From Elusimicrobiota bacterium (GTDB lineage Bacteria; Elusimicrobiota; Elusimicrobia; UBA1565; UBA9628), in NCBI GenBank assembly GCA_016218575.1, contig JACRDN010000016.1, forward strand, positions 129,306 through 193,305: a stretch of 64,000 nt of DNA, written 5' to 3'. Below, piece by piece: positions 44,029 to 53,221 of this stretch. The notes under the pieces are model-generated. The model worked only from the letters and a program-made list of their open reading frames with translations, searched no databases and was not told the DNA's origin. How positions within the stretch are numbered: position 1 is the stretch's first letter; every line of letters begins with the position of its first letter. The position numbers were made by a program, and so were the translations under genes.

Positions 44029-45357
44029 ATGAAGAGAGCTCGCCTCGGCATCCTCGCAGCATGCATCACTTTGCCGTCCCTTTGCCATGCCCTCCCCGAC
44101 CGCGCCTTCGACCAAGGAGAAACTCCGGCCGCAGCACCGGACCCCATGGTGCCGCAGGCTCCGGGAAAGCCGTTGGACTTGCCCGAGCGCTTTTGGATCA
44201 CGATCGCGGCCAGAACCCGGGAAGAGAGGTCTCGCATCGTCAATCTCGGAATTTCCATTGAGGAAGTCTTGGGCGACCGCATCGGAGGAATAGGCACGCA
44301 GGAGATGCTCGACGCCTTGAACCGGGAGAAGATCGAGCACACCGCGGTGTCCCTGCGGCAGCGCTTCGGCGCTCTCGATTTCCCGGCCGAGGATAGGGCC
44401 TACCACAATTACGCGCGTCTCCAGGAGGAACTCAAGGCCATCGCGGCCGCGGCACCGGATCTTGTCTCAAGCTTCTCCATCGCAAAGAGCTTGAGGGGCC
44501 GGGACCTCATCTGCCTGCGCTTCAACGCAAGCGAGCGGGAACGGGCCCCCAGCGACAAGCCGGGAATCGCCTTCATGGGAACGCACCACGCCCGGGAGCA
44601 CCTCTCCACGGAGGTGCCTCTCCTGTTGGCCAAATATCTGGCCGAGAACCGGCAGAAGCCGGATATCAAGAGGCTTCTGGACTCGCGGGACATCTACATC
44701 ATCCCCATGGTCAATCCCGACGGGGTCGAATACGACATCCATGACGGCAATTACCACATGCACCGCAAGAACATGCGCGACAGCGGCAACGGGGCCGTGG
44801 GCGTGGACTTGAACCGGAACTACGGCTTCCACTGGGGAGAGGGCGGGGCCTCAAGCAACCCCGCCTCTGACATCTACCGGGGCCCGAGCCCCTTCTCGGA
44901 GCCAGAGACGGTCGCAATCAAGAATTTCGTGGAGTCCCGCGCCAACCTGAGGATTCTTCTCAGCTACCACACCTTCAGCGAGCTCATCCTCTACCCCTGG
45001 GGCCACACCTACGACCCCATAGACGAAGGGCCGGCCCTGGCCGCCTACCAATCCATGGCCCAGGCCATGGGGCGCATGACGGGCTACAAGCCGGAGCAGT
45101 CGAGCGAGCTCTACATCGCCTCCGGAGACACCACGGACTGGGCCTGGGGGACGCGCGGGATATTCTCATTCACCTTCGAGCTGACCCCCAAAAGCATGTG
45201 GCAGGGCGGCTTTTACCCGGGTGCTGGAGCCATAGCCACCACCTTCCAGAACAACATCCGCCCCGCCCTCTATCTCATGGACCTGGCCGACAACCCCCTG
45301 CGAGCCCGCGACGCGGATGGCGCCGCACTACCGCGCACCTTAGGAGGAGCTAAATGA
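44029..45357 (+). CDS. Secreted M14-family zinc carboxypeptidase
   Basis: 442 aa from internal start MKRARLGILAACITLPSLCHA (signal peptide; the ORF's upstream extension is Pro/Arg-rich junk). M14 zinc and substrate motifs present (HHAREH, NPDGVEY, NRNYGFHWGE, SYHTFSELILYPWGH). Confidence 0.8.
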   Translation: MKRARLGILAACITLPSLCHALPDRAFDQGETPAAAPDPMVPQAPGKPLDLPERFWITIAARTREERSRIVNLGISIEEVLGDRIGGIGTQEMLDALNREKIEHTAVSLRQRFGALDFPAEDRAYHNYARLQEELKAIAAAAPDLVSSFSIAKSLRGRDLICLRFNASERERAPSDKPGIAFMGTHHAREHLSTEVPLLLAKYLAENRQKPDIKRLLDSRDIYIIPMVNPDGVEYDIHDGNYHMHRKNMRDSGNGAVGVDLNRNYGFHWGEGGASSNPASDIYRGPSPFSEPETVAIKNFVESRANLRILLSYHTFSELILYPWGHTYDPIDEGPALAAYQSMAQAMGRMTGYKPEQSSELYIASGDTTDWAWGTRGIFSFTFELTPKSMWQGGFYPGAGAIATTFQNNIRPALYLMDLADNPLRARDADGAALPRTLGGAK

Positions 45358-46202
45358 GAATCCTGGCATTCCTGTTCGTCTCTGCTCTGTCCGTCGCCGC
45401 CCACGCGGCGCCGATCGAAAGCCTCAAGGCCGCGGGCCAAGCCGGCTTTACGGCCGCCGTGGAAGCCCTGCCCGGACTGCGACTGCTGCCGTCCTTGCCC
45501 CGCACCATGGATGAGGAACCGCCCTCACCCTTCCCGGTCTTGGAAGACCCGCGCCTGCAGTTCCTGGGCTCCTCCGGGGAGGTTGGTGAAATCGTGGCCC
45601 GCATAAACCTTGCCGCGCAGCTCGACAAGCACCGGGACCTCATCACCAAGCCCCTAGGGGCCTCTGAGTGGGACATCAGCGTGGCCGGGGACGCAGCCTT
45701 CAAGAGCTATTTCGCCACCTTCCAACAGGGCCGAAAGCTCGTCATCGCCCCGATCAAGGAGCTCAAGGCCCTGATCGGCTCCGGCATCGACATCACCATA
45801 GAGCCGGGTCTCAGCTACAAGTTCAAGGTCGTCATCAACCTCTTCGACCCCATCCGGGGCAGCCTGCTCCGGATGACCCCGCTCGATGGCACCGAGGGCC
45901 CCTACAATCAAGTAAAAACCGGAGCGATCCTAGACGCCCTCAAGGCCAAGTCCTTCGTCTTCTCGCACGAGGACATCGAGTACTGGACCTTGTACGGAAC
46001 GGACGTGGACCCCCAGACCAACCAGCTCGCACAGACCCGCAGCTTCCTGTTCATGCACCAGGAGGGGCGGCAGTCGAAGGCCTGGCCCATCGCCGAGGCC
46101 CAACTGCCCGCGGGCCAGCCCGTGGCCGTGAGCTTCGGAGAGGCGCGCTTCATCCTGGTGCGCGGCGCCTCCGAAGAGCTGGAAATCCGGCGGCCGAAGT
46201 AA
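45354..46202 (+). CDS. Secreted hypothetical protein
   Basis: 282 aa. Signal peptide MRILAFLFVSALSVAAHAA. AGGAGG Shine-Dalgarno sequence; ATGA overlap with the M14 gene. No recognised domain. Confidence 0.55.
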   Translation: MRILAFLFVSALSVAAHAAPIESLKAAGQAGFTAAVEALPGLRLLPSLPRTMDEEPPSPFPVLEDPRLQFLGSSGEVGEIVARINLAAQLDKHRDLITKPLGASEWDISVAGDAAFKSYFATFQQGRKLVIAPIKELKALIGSGIDITIEPGLSYKFKVVINLFDPIRGSLLRMTPLDGTEGPYNQVKTGAILDALKAKSFVFSHEDIEYWTLYGTDVDPQTNQLAQTRSFLFMHQEGRQSKAWPIAEAQLPAGQPVAVSFGEARFILVRGASEELEIRRPK

Positions 46203-46229
46203 GCCCGGCAAAGCCGGGCGGGTGAGCTG

Positions 46230-48296
46230 ATGCCATTTTCACCGTCTTTCATTCTTGCCGCGCCGGCGCTCCTGCTCCCGGCCGCCCTCGCCTGGACGGC
46301 CGAGGCGCCGGGATTTACCCCCTCGCATTGGCTAAGCTTCGGCCAAGACCCCCAAACCCTGGCCCGTGAGTGCCGGCAAGCCAAGGACTCGGCCGAGGCC
46401 CGGCTCAAGGAACTGGCCGCCATCCCGGACCGGGATAGGACCTTCGCCAACACCCCGGAAGCCCTGGAAAAAACCTTGGCCGAGCTTTCCGATCAAACGG
46501 CCGCGGATACCTTCCTCAAATACGTTTCCCTCTCCTCCGACGTGCGCGACGCCGGGAACGACTGCGAAAGCCTCGTCAACCAATTCAAGGTCGAGGTATT
46601 ATCCCGCGAGGATCTTTTCTCGGCGATAAATGGCTATGCGAAGAAGGAAGAACCCCTGGAGGGCGAGCCTAGAAGGCTCCTTGAAAAAGAGCTGCTCGAT
46701 TTCAAAAGGAATGGCCTTCTTCTACCCGCCTCCAAAAGAAAAGAGATTAAGAAAATAAAGAAGCGGCTAGTCGAGCTCGAGACGCAGTTCTCGAAAAATT
46801 TGAACGATGTGAAGGACTCGCTTCTGGTGAGCCGCCAGGAGCTCGAGGGGCTTGCCGAGGACTACATTCAAAGGCTGCCCAAGGAAGGCGGGCTCTACCG
46901 GGTGAGCGTGGACTATCCGGACTATTTCCCATTCATGGAGAACGCCAAGAATTCCGAGGCGCGCAGAAAGCTCGAGTTCCTTTTCAACAATAGGGCGGCC
47001 AAGGAAAATCTCCCCCTGCTTAAGGAAGCCCTGCGCCTGCGCCAAAAGGCGGCGCGGCTGCTGGGTTACCCCAGCCATGCCGACTATGTCCTCGAGGAGC
47101 GCATGGCCAAAAACTCCCGCAGCGTTAGGGAATTCTTGGGAAATTTAAGGAAGCGCCTCGAGCCACTGGCGCAAAAAGAGCTTCAAGAGCTTTCCGCCTT
47201 CAAAAAACAGGCGGAGGGCGCCTCCGCCGACCCCGTCCTGCGCGCCTGGGACTGGCGCTACTACGATAACCAGCTCAGGAAGGCCCGCTACGACGTAGAC
47301 AAGGAAAAGATCAAGGAATACTTCCCCATCGAAACGGTGCTGGAAGGGATGCTCGCCGTCTACCAAAGGCTCCTGGGAGTCAAGTTCCACCGGATCGAGG
47401 GCGCCGCGCTCTGGAATCCCGACGTCAAGCTCTACAAGATCTCCGACGCCTCGGGAGGAGAGCCCCTGGCCTACTTCTATATGGACCTCTTTCCGCGCGA
47501 GGGCAAGTACAAGCACGCCGCGGCCTTCAGCCTGGTCTCGGGACGGTTTCTTGCGGACGGCCGCTACCAGAAGCCCGTCTCGGCCGTGGTCGCAAATTTC
47601 ACCAAGCCCTCCCCCGGCCGGCCCACTTTCCTCAAGCACGGCGAGCACGAGGAGGTGGAGACCATATTCCACGAGTTCGGGCATATCATGCACCAAACCC
47701 TCACCAAGGCGCGCTTCGCGCGCTTTTCGGGGTCGAGCGTGGCCTGGGACTTCGTCGAGGCTCCTTCCCAGATGCTCGAGAACTGGGTCTGGGACCCGGA
47801 GGTCCTTTCCTCCCTCTCGGGGCATTACAAGGACCCCTCTAAAAAGCTCCCGCCCGAGCTGCTTGAGAAGATGATCGCCTCCCGCCATTTCAACGTAGGC
47901 CTGGTGCACTCCCGCCAACTGCTGTTTGCGAGCGTAGACCTCGGCTACCATTCCCGAGTCCCCGCCGACACCACAGCACTCTACGCCCGACTCATGAAGG
48001 ACATCGCCCTCTTCCCCATGAGCCCGGGCACCCACCCCGAGGCAAGCTTCGGACACATCATGGGAGGCTACGACTCGGGCTACTACGGCTATCTTTGGTC
48101 CAAGGTCTACGCCCAAGACCTATTCAGCCGCTTTAAGTCCGCGGGCCTGCTCGACCTCGGCACGGGTCTGCGCTACCGCCGGGAGATTCTGGAGCCAGGA
48201 AGCGGCCGGGAAGAAGAGGAGTCGCTCAAGAGATTCCTGGGGAGAGAGCCCAATAACGAGGCTTTCTTGGAAAGCCTCGGACTGGCCCCTCATTAA
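46230..48296 (+). CDS. Secreted M3-family metallopeptidase (oligopeptidase A / peptidyl-dipeptidase Dcp-like)
   Basis: 688 aa. Signal peptide, then the M3 zinc site HEFGHIMH with a downstream E (FVEAPSQMLE) and a C-terminal GYDSGYYGYLWS block. Confidence 0.85.
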   Translation: MPFSPSFILAAPALLLPAALAWTAEAPGFTPSHWLSFGQDPQTLARECRQAKDSAEARLKELAAIPDRDRTFANTPEALEKTLAELSDQTAADTFLKYVSLSSDVRDAGNDCESLVNQFKVEVLSREDLFSAINGYAKKEEPLEGEPRRLLEKELLDFKRNGLLLPASKRKEIKKIKKRLVELETQFSKNLNDVKDSLLVSRQELEGLAEDYIQRLPKEGGLYRVSVDYPDYFPFMENAKNSEARRKLEFLFNNRAAKENLPLLKEALRLRQKAARLLGYPSHADYVLEERMAKNSRSVREFLGNLRKRLEPLAQKELQELSAFKKQAEGASADPVLRAWDWRYYDNQLRKARYDVDKEKIKEYFPIETVLEGMLAVYQRLLGVKFHRIEGAALWNPDVKLYKISDASGGEPLAYFYMDLFPREGKYKHAAAFSLVSGRFLADGRYQKPVSAVVANFTKPSPGRPTFLKHGEHEEVETIFHEFGHIMHQTLTKARFARFSGSSVAWDFVEAPSQMLENWVWDPEVLSSLSGHYKDPSKKLPPELLEKMIASRHFNVGLVHSRQLLFASVDLGYHSRVPADTTALYARLMKDIALFPMSPGTHPEASFGHIMGGYDSGYYGYLWSKVYAQDLFSRFKSAGLLDLGTGLRYRREILEPGSGREEEESLKRFLGREPNNEAFLESLGLAPH

Positions 48297-48299
48297 CCC

Positions 48300-49442
48300 A
48301 TGGCCTTCCTCCCATTTTTTCTGCTGATGTCGGCAACCACTGCGGCACAAGTTATTGACGATTCTGATCTGAGCCGCCCCCTGGAAGTCCAGGCTCTCGA
48401 GAGCCTGGACCGAGAAGCTCGCCAAGAGCCCGAGGCTCTCGTATTCTCCCTAAGTCCGGCTCGATTTTCCTGGAGGCCCCTCAAGACCGAACTCCTCGTA
48501 AACGGACGGCTCGCCCTTCAAGACCGGGACGGGCGGGATCGCCCGGCGCGCTTGGCCCAGGTTCGGCTCGTTGGGTCCGGAACTGCCGGCGCCTGGATCC
48601 CGGCCGACGCCCAAGGCGGGTTCTCTTTGAGCGCCCGTGGGCTCTCGGGGACCTACCGCCTGCGCTTCAAGCTCGACAATCCCTATTGGCGCTTCAATGA
48701 CCCCCGCCAAAACCGCGGCTATGAGTGGGAAAGCCCGCCCTTCGAGCTCTCGCCCGGAGCCGGGGCGGATCTCGGCACCCTCAAGCCGGAGGCGGGATCG
48801 CAAAGCGCCCAGTTGGGCCTTCTCCATCTGACCTACCTCGAGGCCTTGGCCTTCCTGGAAAAAAACGCGAGCACGACCTGGTGGCGCAAGCCCCTCACCC
48901 TTAACTGGCCATCCCGGTCCGACTTTTTCAGCCCCTGGGCTTGGAGCCTGGACTTAAGCTCCGCCGCGGCCTGGGATGTGGTTCTCCATGAGCTCGGCCA
49001 CGCCGTCATGCACGGGGCCATGCGGGCCGACCCGGCCGGGGGCCAGCACAAGATAGACGAATGCTATTCCCAGGCCCTGGCCTGGTCCGAGGGCTGGGCC
49101 ACCTTCTTCGCCGCGGCCGTGCGCCTTTCCCCGGAGGACCCGGATGCCAAGTTTGAGTTCCTGGTCCCCCGCCGCGCGCCCATCCGCATCGAGAACGTGC
49201 CCGAGGACGTCTGCGCCGGCCCCTCCAACGAGTGGCGCGTGGCGGCCGGACTCTGGGACCTCCTCGATGCCCACCCCGACGGCAAGGACGCCTTCAGCAT
49301 GGGGTTCTCGCGCCTTTGGAACGCGCTCGAGGGCCAAAGCATGGGCAGCATGGATTCGGCCTGGTCCCTCATCCAAAAGAACCTCGACCCAACGGAAAGG
49401 CAGGCGGGCGAGCGGTCCTTGATCCAGAACACGCTGCGCTAG
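48300..49442 (+). CDS. Secreted putative zincin metalloprotease (HExxH) of unknown family
   Basis: 380 aa. Signal peptide MAFLPFFLLMSATTAAQ and motif VVLHELGHAVMHG. No further family signature recognised. Confidence 0.5.
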   Translation: MAFLPFFLLMSATTAAQVIDDSDLSRPLEVQALESLDREARQEPEALVFSLSPARFSWRPLKTELLVNGRLALQDRDGRDRPARLAQVRLVGSGTAGAWIPADAQGGFSLSARGLSGTYRLRFKLDNPYWRFNDPRQNRGYEWESPPFELSPGAGADLGTLKPEAGSQSAQLGLLHLTYLEALAFLEKNASTTWWRKPLTLNWPSRSDFFSPWAWSLDLSSAAAWDVVLHELGHAVMHGAMRADPAGGQHKIDECYSQALAWSEGWATFFAAAVRLSPEDPDAKFEFLVPRRAPIRIENVPEDVCAGPSNEWRVAAGLWDLLDAHPDGKDAFSMGFSRLWNALEGQSMGSMDSAWSLIQKNLDPTERQAGERSLIQNTLR

Positions 49443-51334
49443 CTTAGGACTTCTTGGGGCTGGGCGTCTCCCGATGCCTCGTGGGCCGAGGCGGGGGTGA
49501 AAGTGGGGACGAGCTCCCGAAGCTTCTTGAGAAGCGCCGCGGGCTTCCCAGTTCGGTTCAATATCTCAAACTCAAGGATGCGGTTCTCGAGATCCTTGGC
49601 GTGGGAGTGGGAATGGCCTTGGCGCAAAATAAGGATGTCCGGATGCTCCGACTGGTCGCACTGGGAGGAGTCTTCAATAAGCTCCTCGTGGATTTTCTCG
49701 CCCTGCTTGAGGCCCGTGAATTGAATCTCCACGTCCTTGTCCGGCTCCAATCCCGTCAATAGGATCAAGTTGCGGGCCATGTCTAGTATCCGCACCGGGG
49801 TTCCCATTTTCAAAATAAAAATCTCCCCGCCCTTGGCCATGGCCACGGCTTGGAGAATGAGCTGGACCGCTTCCTCCACGGTCATAAAATAGCGCGTGGC
49901 CTCATGATGGGTGACCGTGACAGGGCCGCCGCGGGCGATCTGCCTCTGGAATATCTCGAGGACCGAGCCGGAGCTCCCCAGAACGTTGCCGAAGCGCACG
50001 GCCATGAAGCGCGTCTGCCCCCGCGCGGCGAAGGCCCGGACAATGTGCTCGGCCACCCGCTTGGTGGCCCCCATCACGCTCGAGGGCTGGACCGCCTTGT
50101 CGGTGGAAACGAGGAGAAAAACCTCTGCCTGGTGCTGCAGGGCCGCGGAGGCAAGATAGTAGGTGCCCAGGACGTTGTTGGCCACCCCCTCGTGCACGTT
50201 GAATTCCAGCTGATGCACGTGCTTGTGCGCCGCGGCGTGAAGCACGAGATGGGGCTTGTGCTCCTGAAAAACCCTCTCGACAAGAGCCTGGTCGCGGATG
50301 TCCCCAAGAACTGGAACTATTTTTGTCCCGCGAGATTCCTTCAGGAGCTCGGCCTCGGCGTAAAAAAGCGAGGTGGCATGGACGTCCACCAGGACGAGCT
50401 TGGCCGGGCCGTACTGTAATACTTGGCGGCAAAGCTCGGAGCCGATGGTCCCTCCGCCGCCGCTCACAAGGATCGTTTTTCCCCGGACCGCCCGGTCGAT
50501 GAGGGGCAGATCGAGTTTGACCACTTCCCGGTTCAGGAGATCGGCAGGCTTGACCTGGCGCATGGAGAATTCCCGGCCGGGGCTTTTAAGCATCTCCTCG
50601 AGACTCGGGGCGATCTTGAGCTCCGGCCGGTCCGCCCGGTCGCGCAGGGCCTCGACCACGGAACGCACGAGCTCGCCGCGCTTGGCGCTGATGGCGATGA
50701 TGATCTCGTCCACCTGGTAGCGGTCGAGGACCCCGGCGATGGCTTGCCGGCCGCCGAACACGGTGCGGCCGTGCACGCGCAGGCCCCACTTGGCCGGATC
50801 ATCGTCGATGAAGCCCACGACCTTGTAGCGCGGCTCCTGGGTCTTGAGGATCTGCCGCATCAGGCTCTCCCCGAGCTCGCCCGCGCCGATGAGAAGCGCG
50901 TGGCGGTATTCCCCACCGTAGAGGCGCGGCAGGTTCAAATGATGCTTGACGAAGCGTATCCCGAAGCGCACGCCCCCGATGCCGAGGTAGGTGAGCATTG
51001 GATGCAGGAGAAGAATGGACCTCGGGTATTTCCCCTGCCGCATGAAAAGGATGCAAACGGCCCCGGTAACCGCCCCCATGGAGACGGCCCTGGTAATGTT
51101 GATGAGGTCCGAGAAGCTCGAGAAGTAGTATATCCCTCGGTACAGGGAGAAGGCTAGGAAGCTCGCGAAATAGCAGACAAGGATGTAGGGGGCCGTCTGG
51201 AACATCGTGGCGAGGACCACGGAGTCGAGGCTGAAGTCGAAGCGCAAGAGGAACGCCCCCAAGAAGGCCCCGAGAACCACCGCGACGTCGAAAAGGGCGA
51301 CTCCGACCCGACGCGGACTGAAGCGAAATGTCAT
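49439..51334 (-). CDS. Membrane-anchored NDP-sugar 4,6-dehydratase (PglF/CapD/WbpM family)
   Basis: 631 aa. Four N-terminal TM helices, then a Rossmann domain (KTILVSGGGGTIGSELCRQV) and SDR catalytic blocks (typical of UDP-GlcNAc 4,6-dehydratases). Confidence 0.85.
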   Translation of the reverse strand: MTFRFSPRRVGVALFDVAVVLGAFLGAFLLRFDFSLDSVVLATMFQTAPYILVCYFASFLAFSLYRGIYYFSSFSDLINITRAVSMGAVTGAVCILFMRQGKYPRSILLLHPMLTYLGIGGVRFGIRFVKHHLNLPRLYGGEYRHALLIGAGELGESLMRQILKTQEPRYKVVGFIDDDPAKWGLRVHGRTVFGGRQAIAGVLDRYQVDEIIIAISAKRGELVRSVVEALRDRADRPELKIAPSLEEMLKSPGREFSMRQVKPADLLNREVVKLDLPLIDRAVRGKTILVSGGGGTIGSELCRQVLQYGPAKLVLVDVHATSLFYAEAELLKESRGTKIVPVLGDIRDQALVERVFQEHKPHLVLHAAAHKHVHQLEFNVHEGVANNVLGTYYLASAALQHQAEVFLLVSTDKAVQPSSVMGATKRVAEHIVRAFAARGQTRFMAVRFGNVLGSSGSVLEIFQRQIARGGPVTVTHHEATRYFMTVEEAVQLILQAVAMAKGGEIFILKMGTPVRILDMARNLILLTGLEPDKDVEIQFTGLKQGEKIHEELIEDSSQCDQSEHPDILILRQGHSHSHAKDLENRILEFEILNRTGKPAALLKKLRELVPTFTPASAHEASGDAQPQEVLS

Positions 51335-51353
51335 GAAAAATTAATGAAACCCG

Positions 51354-51362
51354 ATTATATCA
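51354..51362 (-). promoter_or_regulatory. Extended -10 TGATATAAT (minus strand) upstream of the PglF-like gene, overlapping the stop codon of the preceding gene
   Basis: Minus-strand ATGATATAATCGG (plus 51350-51362). The TAA of the lipoprotein gene is inside the hexamer. 19 nt to ATG 51334, no Shine-Dalgarno sequence. An identical 12-mer occurs at 57861-57872. Confidence 0.45.
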
Positions 51363-52452
51363 TATCTCGAAGACGCAGACTTCCCTCGAGGACCAAGACG
51401 CGGGAAGGCCCCAGCCGCCACTGGGCGCCAGCTCGCTCCAAAAGCTCTTTGGGATCGCGCCGGGACTCGAAAAGGGGCCTCCAATCGCCGCGCAGGAGCT
51501 CATCTGGCACCGTCAGCTTGGCCGAGAACTTGCGATTGAGGATGACGACGTAGTCCCGACCGCGGTAGCGCCAGGCCCCGGTCTCCAGCCCGGAGGCCTC
51601 TCCGGAGAAGGGCGGCGCTATCCGCCTGCCTCGCTCGAAAATGGGCTGCATCGCCTTCATTTCACGAGCCGTTCCCGCCACGGCCTGCCAGAGCTCGGGG
51701 TAGTCAAAGAGGGTCTTCCCGAGCTTAGGGAGGGCGAAATAGAAGAGGCCGCGCGCGCCGTGCAGCACGGAGAGATAGCTCATGAACCGGATCTCAGCAT
51801 GGCTCGGGAAGCGCAGGCCCTTGCGCTTCTTGGGGTCGATCACCTCGTCGGCCCAATCGTAGGCCTGGATGATCATCCATAACGGCTTGCCCTTGGGCAG
51901 GCCCCGCATCGCGAGGTCCACCTGGTCGGCCACGGAATCGAGTGGAAGGTGGGGAACAGGGTACCAGTCCATGAGCAGGATGTCCCCGACGCCGCCGTAA
52001 ACCTTGGCGGGAGCGCCTTCGCCGATGTCGAAGGTCTGCGGCCGATCCGGGTCCCAGGCCCGGGTTCGATCCGACATGGCTTGAAGCGCGGCTCGCGGGA
52101 GCTTGGCGACATCCGGCTCTCCGCAGAGGTACCAGGCGTCTATGGGCCAGTCACGCGCGAGAGAAGCCTTGCCGTTCTCAAGCTCATCGGGAGCCGAGAC
52201 CATGCGCATGGCCAATCTCCTGGCCTCTTTCGCGAGGGAGGCCAGAAGCGCGGGGCTTTGGCGATAGGTTTGGAAGGAGTCGAAGCCCGCCTCGCTCAGT
52301 CGAGCCAGATGACGAGGATCGTCCACGGCGTAAATGCCGATCGGGAATCGGCTGAGCGCGGCCTTATGGTCGCGCTGGGAGCATGCGCACGGGAAGAGGG
52401 CAAGCAGGGCCAGGCACGCGGCCGCCCTACGGAAGGCGCTTGGCGACGGCAT
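51355..52452 (-). CDS. Putative lipoprotein, possible glycoside-hydrolase-like (TIM-barrel) polysaccharide-processing enzyme
   Basis: 365 aa from internal start MPSPSAFRRAAACLALLALFPCAC (lipoprotein-like signal with Cys). No firm family match. The six-frame ORF extends to 52554. Confidence 0.5.
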   Translation of the reverse strand: MPSPSAFRRAAACLALLALFPCACSQRDHKAALSRFPIGIYAVDDPRHLARLSEAGFDSFQTYRQSPALLASLAKEARRLAMRMVSAPDELENGKASLARDWPIDAWYLCGEPDVAKLPRAALQAMSDRTRAWDPDRPQTFDIGEGAPAKVYGGVGDILLMDWYPVPHLPLDSVADQVDLAMRGLPKGKPLWMIIQAYDWADEVIDPKKRKGLRFPSHAEIRFMSYLSVLHGARGLFYFALPKLGKTLFDYPELWQAVAGTAREMKAMQPIFERGRRIAPPFSGEASGLETGAWRYRGRDYVVILNRKFSAKLTVPDELLRGDWRPLFESRRDPKELLERAGAQWRLGPSRVLVLEGSLRLRDMI

Positions 52453-53221
52453 AAAGCACCTTGTAGTCCGTGACCGGCCCGGATCCCAAGGGATCGAGCT
52501 CCCGCGCGGGCGCCGACACGTCGATCTCGGGGCCCAGTTCGGCCAGGCGGCCATAAAAAATTCTTTTGAGGAGAGCCTTGCCCTTCATGGTCTTGGGGAC
52601 CAGCCCCAGCGCCACGGCGGTTTTCCGCGCCGCGGCGATGGCCTTCCTGGCCGGGGTATCGTTGGCGACCTTGAACCCCGCCTTGATCTCGGCGGAGAAT
52701 CCGGCCTTCTCGAGGAGAACGCGCAGCTCGGAGGCCGAGTGGTACTTGCGGCTGAAGGGGCTGGGATTGAACTCGGGCCATTCGCGGTTGGCCGTGCACA
52801 GGAGCAAGGCCCCTCCCGAGCGCAGGACGCGGCGGGCCTCGGCCAGGAAGGCCTCGGGGCTCGGCAGATAATACAGGGCCTCGTAGAGGATGACCACATC
52901 GAAGGAATCGTCGGGCCAGGGCATGGCCTGGGCGTCCATGGCCGAGACCTTGATGCGCCCTCCGTAATGCCTGTTGGCCTGCTCCACGAGGCCCTCGCAC
53001 AGGTCTCCCCCGACCACGGACCGCGCGGTTTGAGCCAAGAAGCCCAGGCCGCGGCCCGGGCCGCAGGCCGCCTCGAGGACGTCCTTGCCCGCGCAATAGC
53101 CCGACGCCAGGCGGTAGCGGGTATGGATCATGGAAAGCTGTTCGGCCGAGGCCCTATTGCCCGGGAGCTCCGTCACGGTCGAGAAATCGAGGGCGCTCAC
53201 AGCCGTGAGAGCCTCCCGCAC
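52427..53221 (-). CDS. Class I SAM-dependent methyltransferase
   Basis: 264 aa. Motif I VLEAACGPGRG, plus motifs II and III (VVGGDL..., FDVVILYEALYY). GTG start. Confidence 0.75.
   Translation of the reverse strand: MREALTAVSALDFSTVTELPGNRASAEQLSMIHTRYRLASGYCAGKDVLEAACGPGRGLGFLAQTARSVVGGDLCEGLVEQANRHYGGRIKVSAMDAQAMPWPDDSFDVVILYEALYYLPSPEAFLAEARRVLRSGGALLLCTANREWPEFNPSPFSRKYHSASELRVLLEKAGFSAEIKAGFKVANDTPARKAIAAARKTAVALGLVPKTMKGKALLKRIFYGRLAELGPEIDVSAPARELDPLGSGPVTDYKVLYAVAKRLP

Noticed and set aside
46203-46229. GC-rich hairpin CCCGGC-AAA-GCCGGG between the hypothetical gene and the M3 peptidase gene as a terminator.
   Set aside because: The stem is only 6 bp, with no downstream U-tract, and it lies only 10 nt before the next start codon. 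It is more likely incidental.
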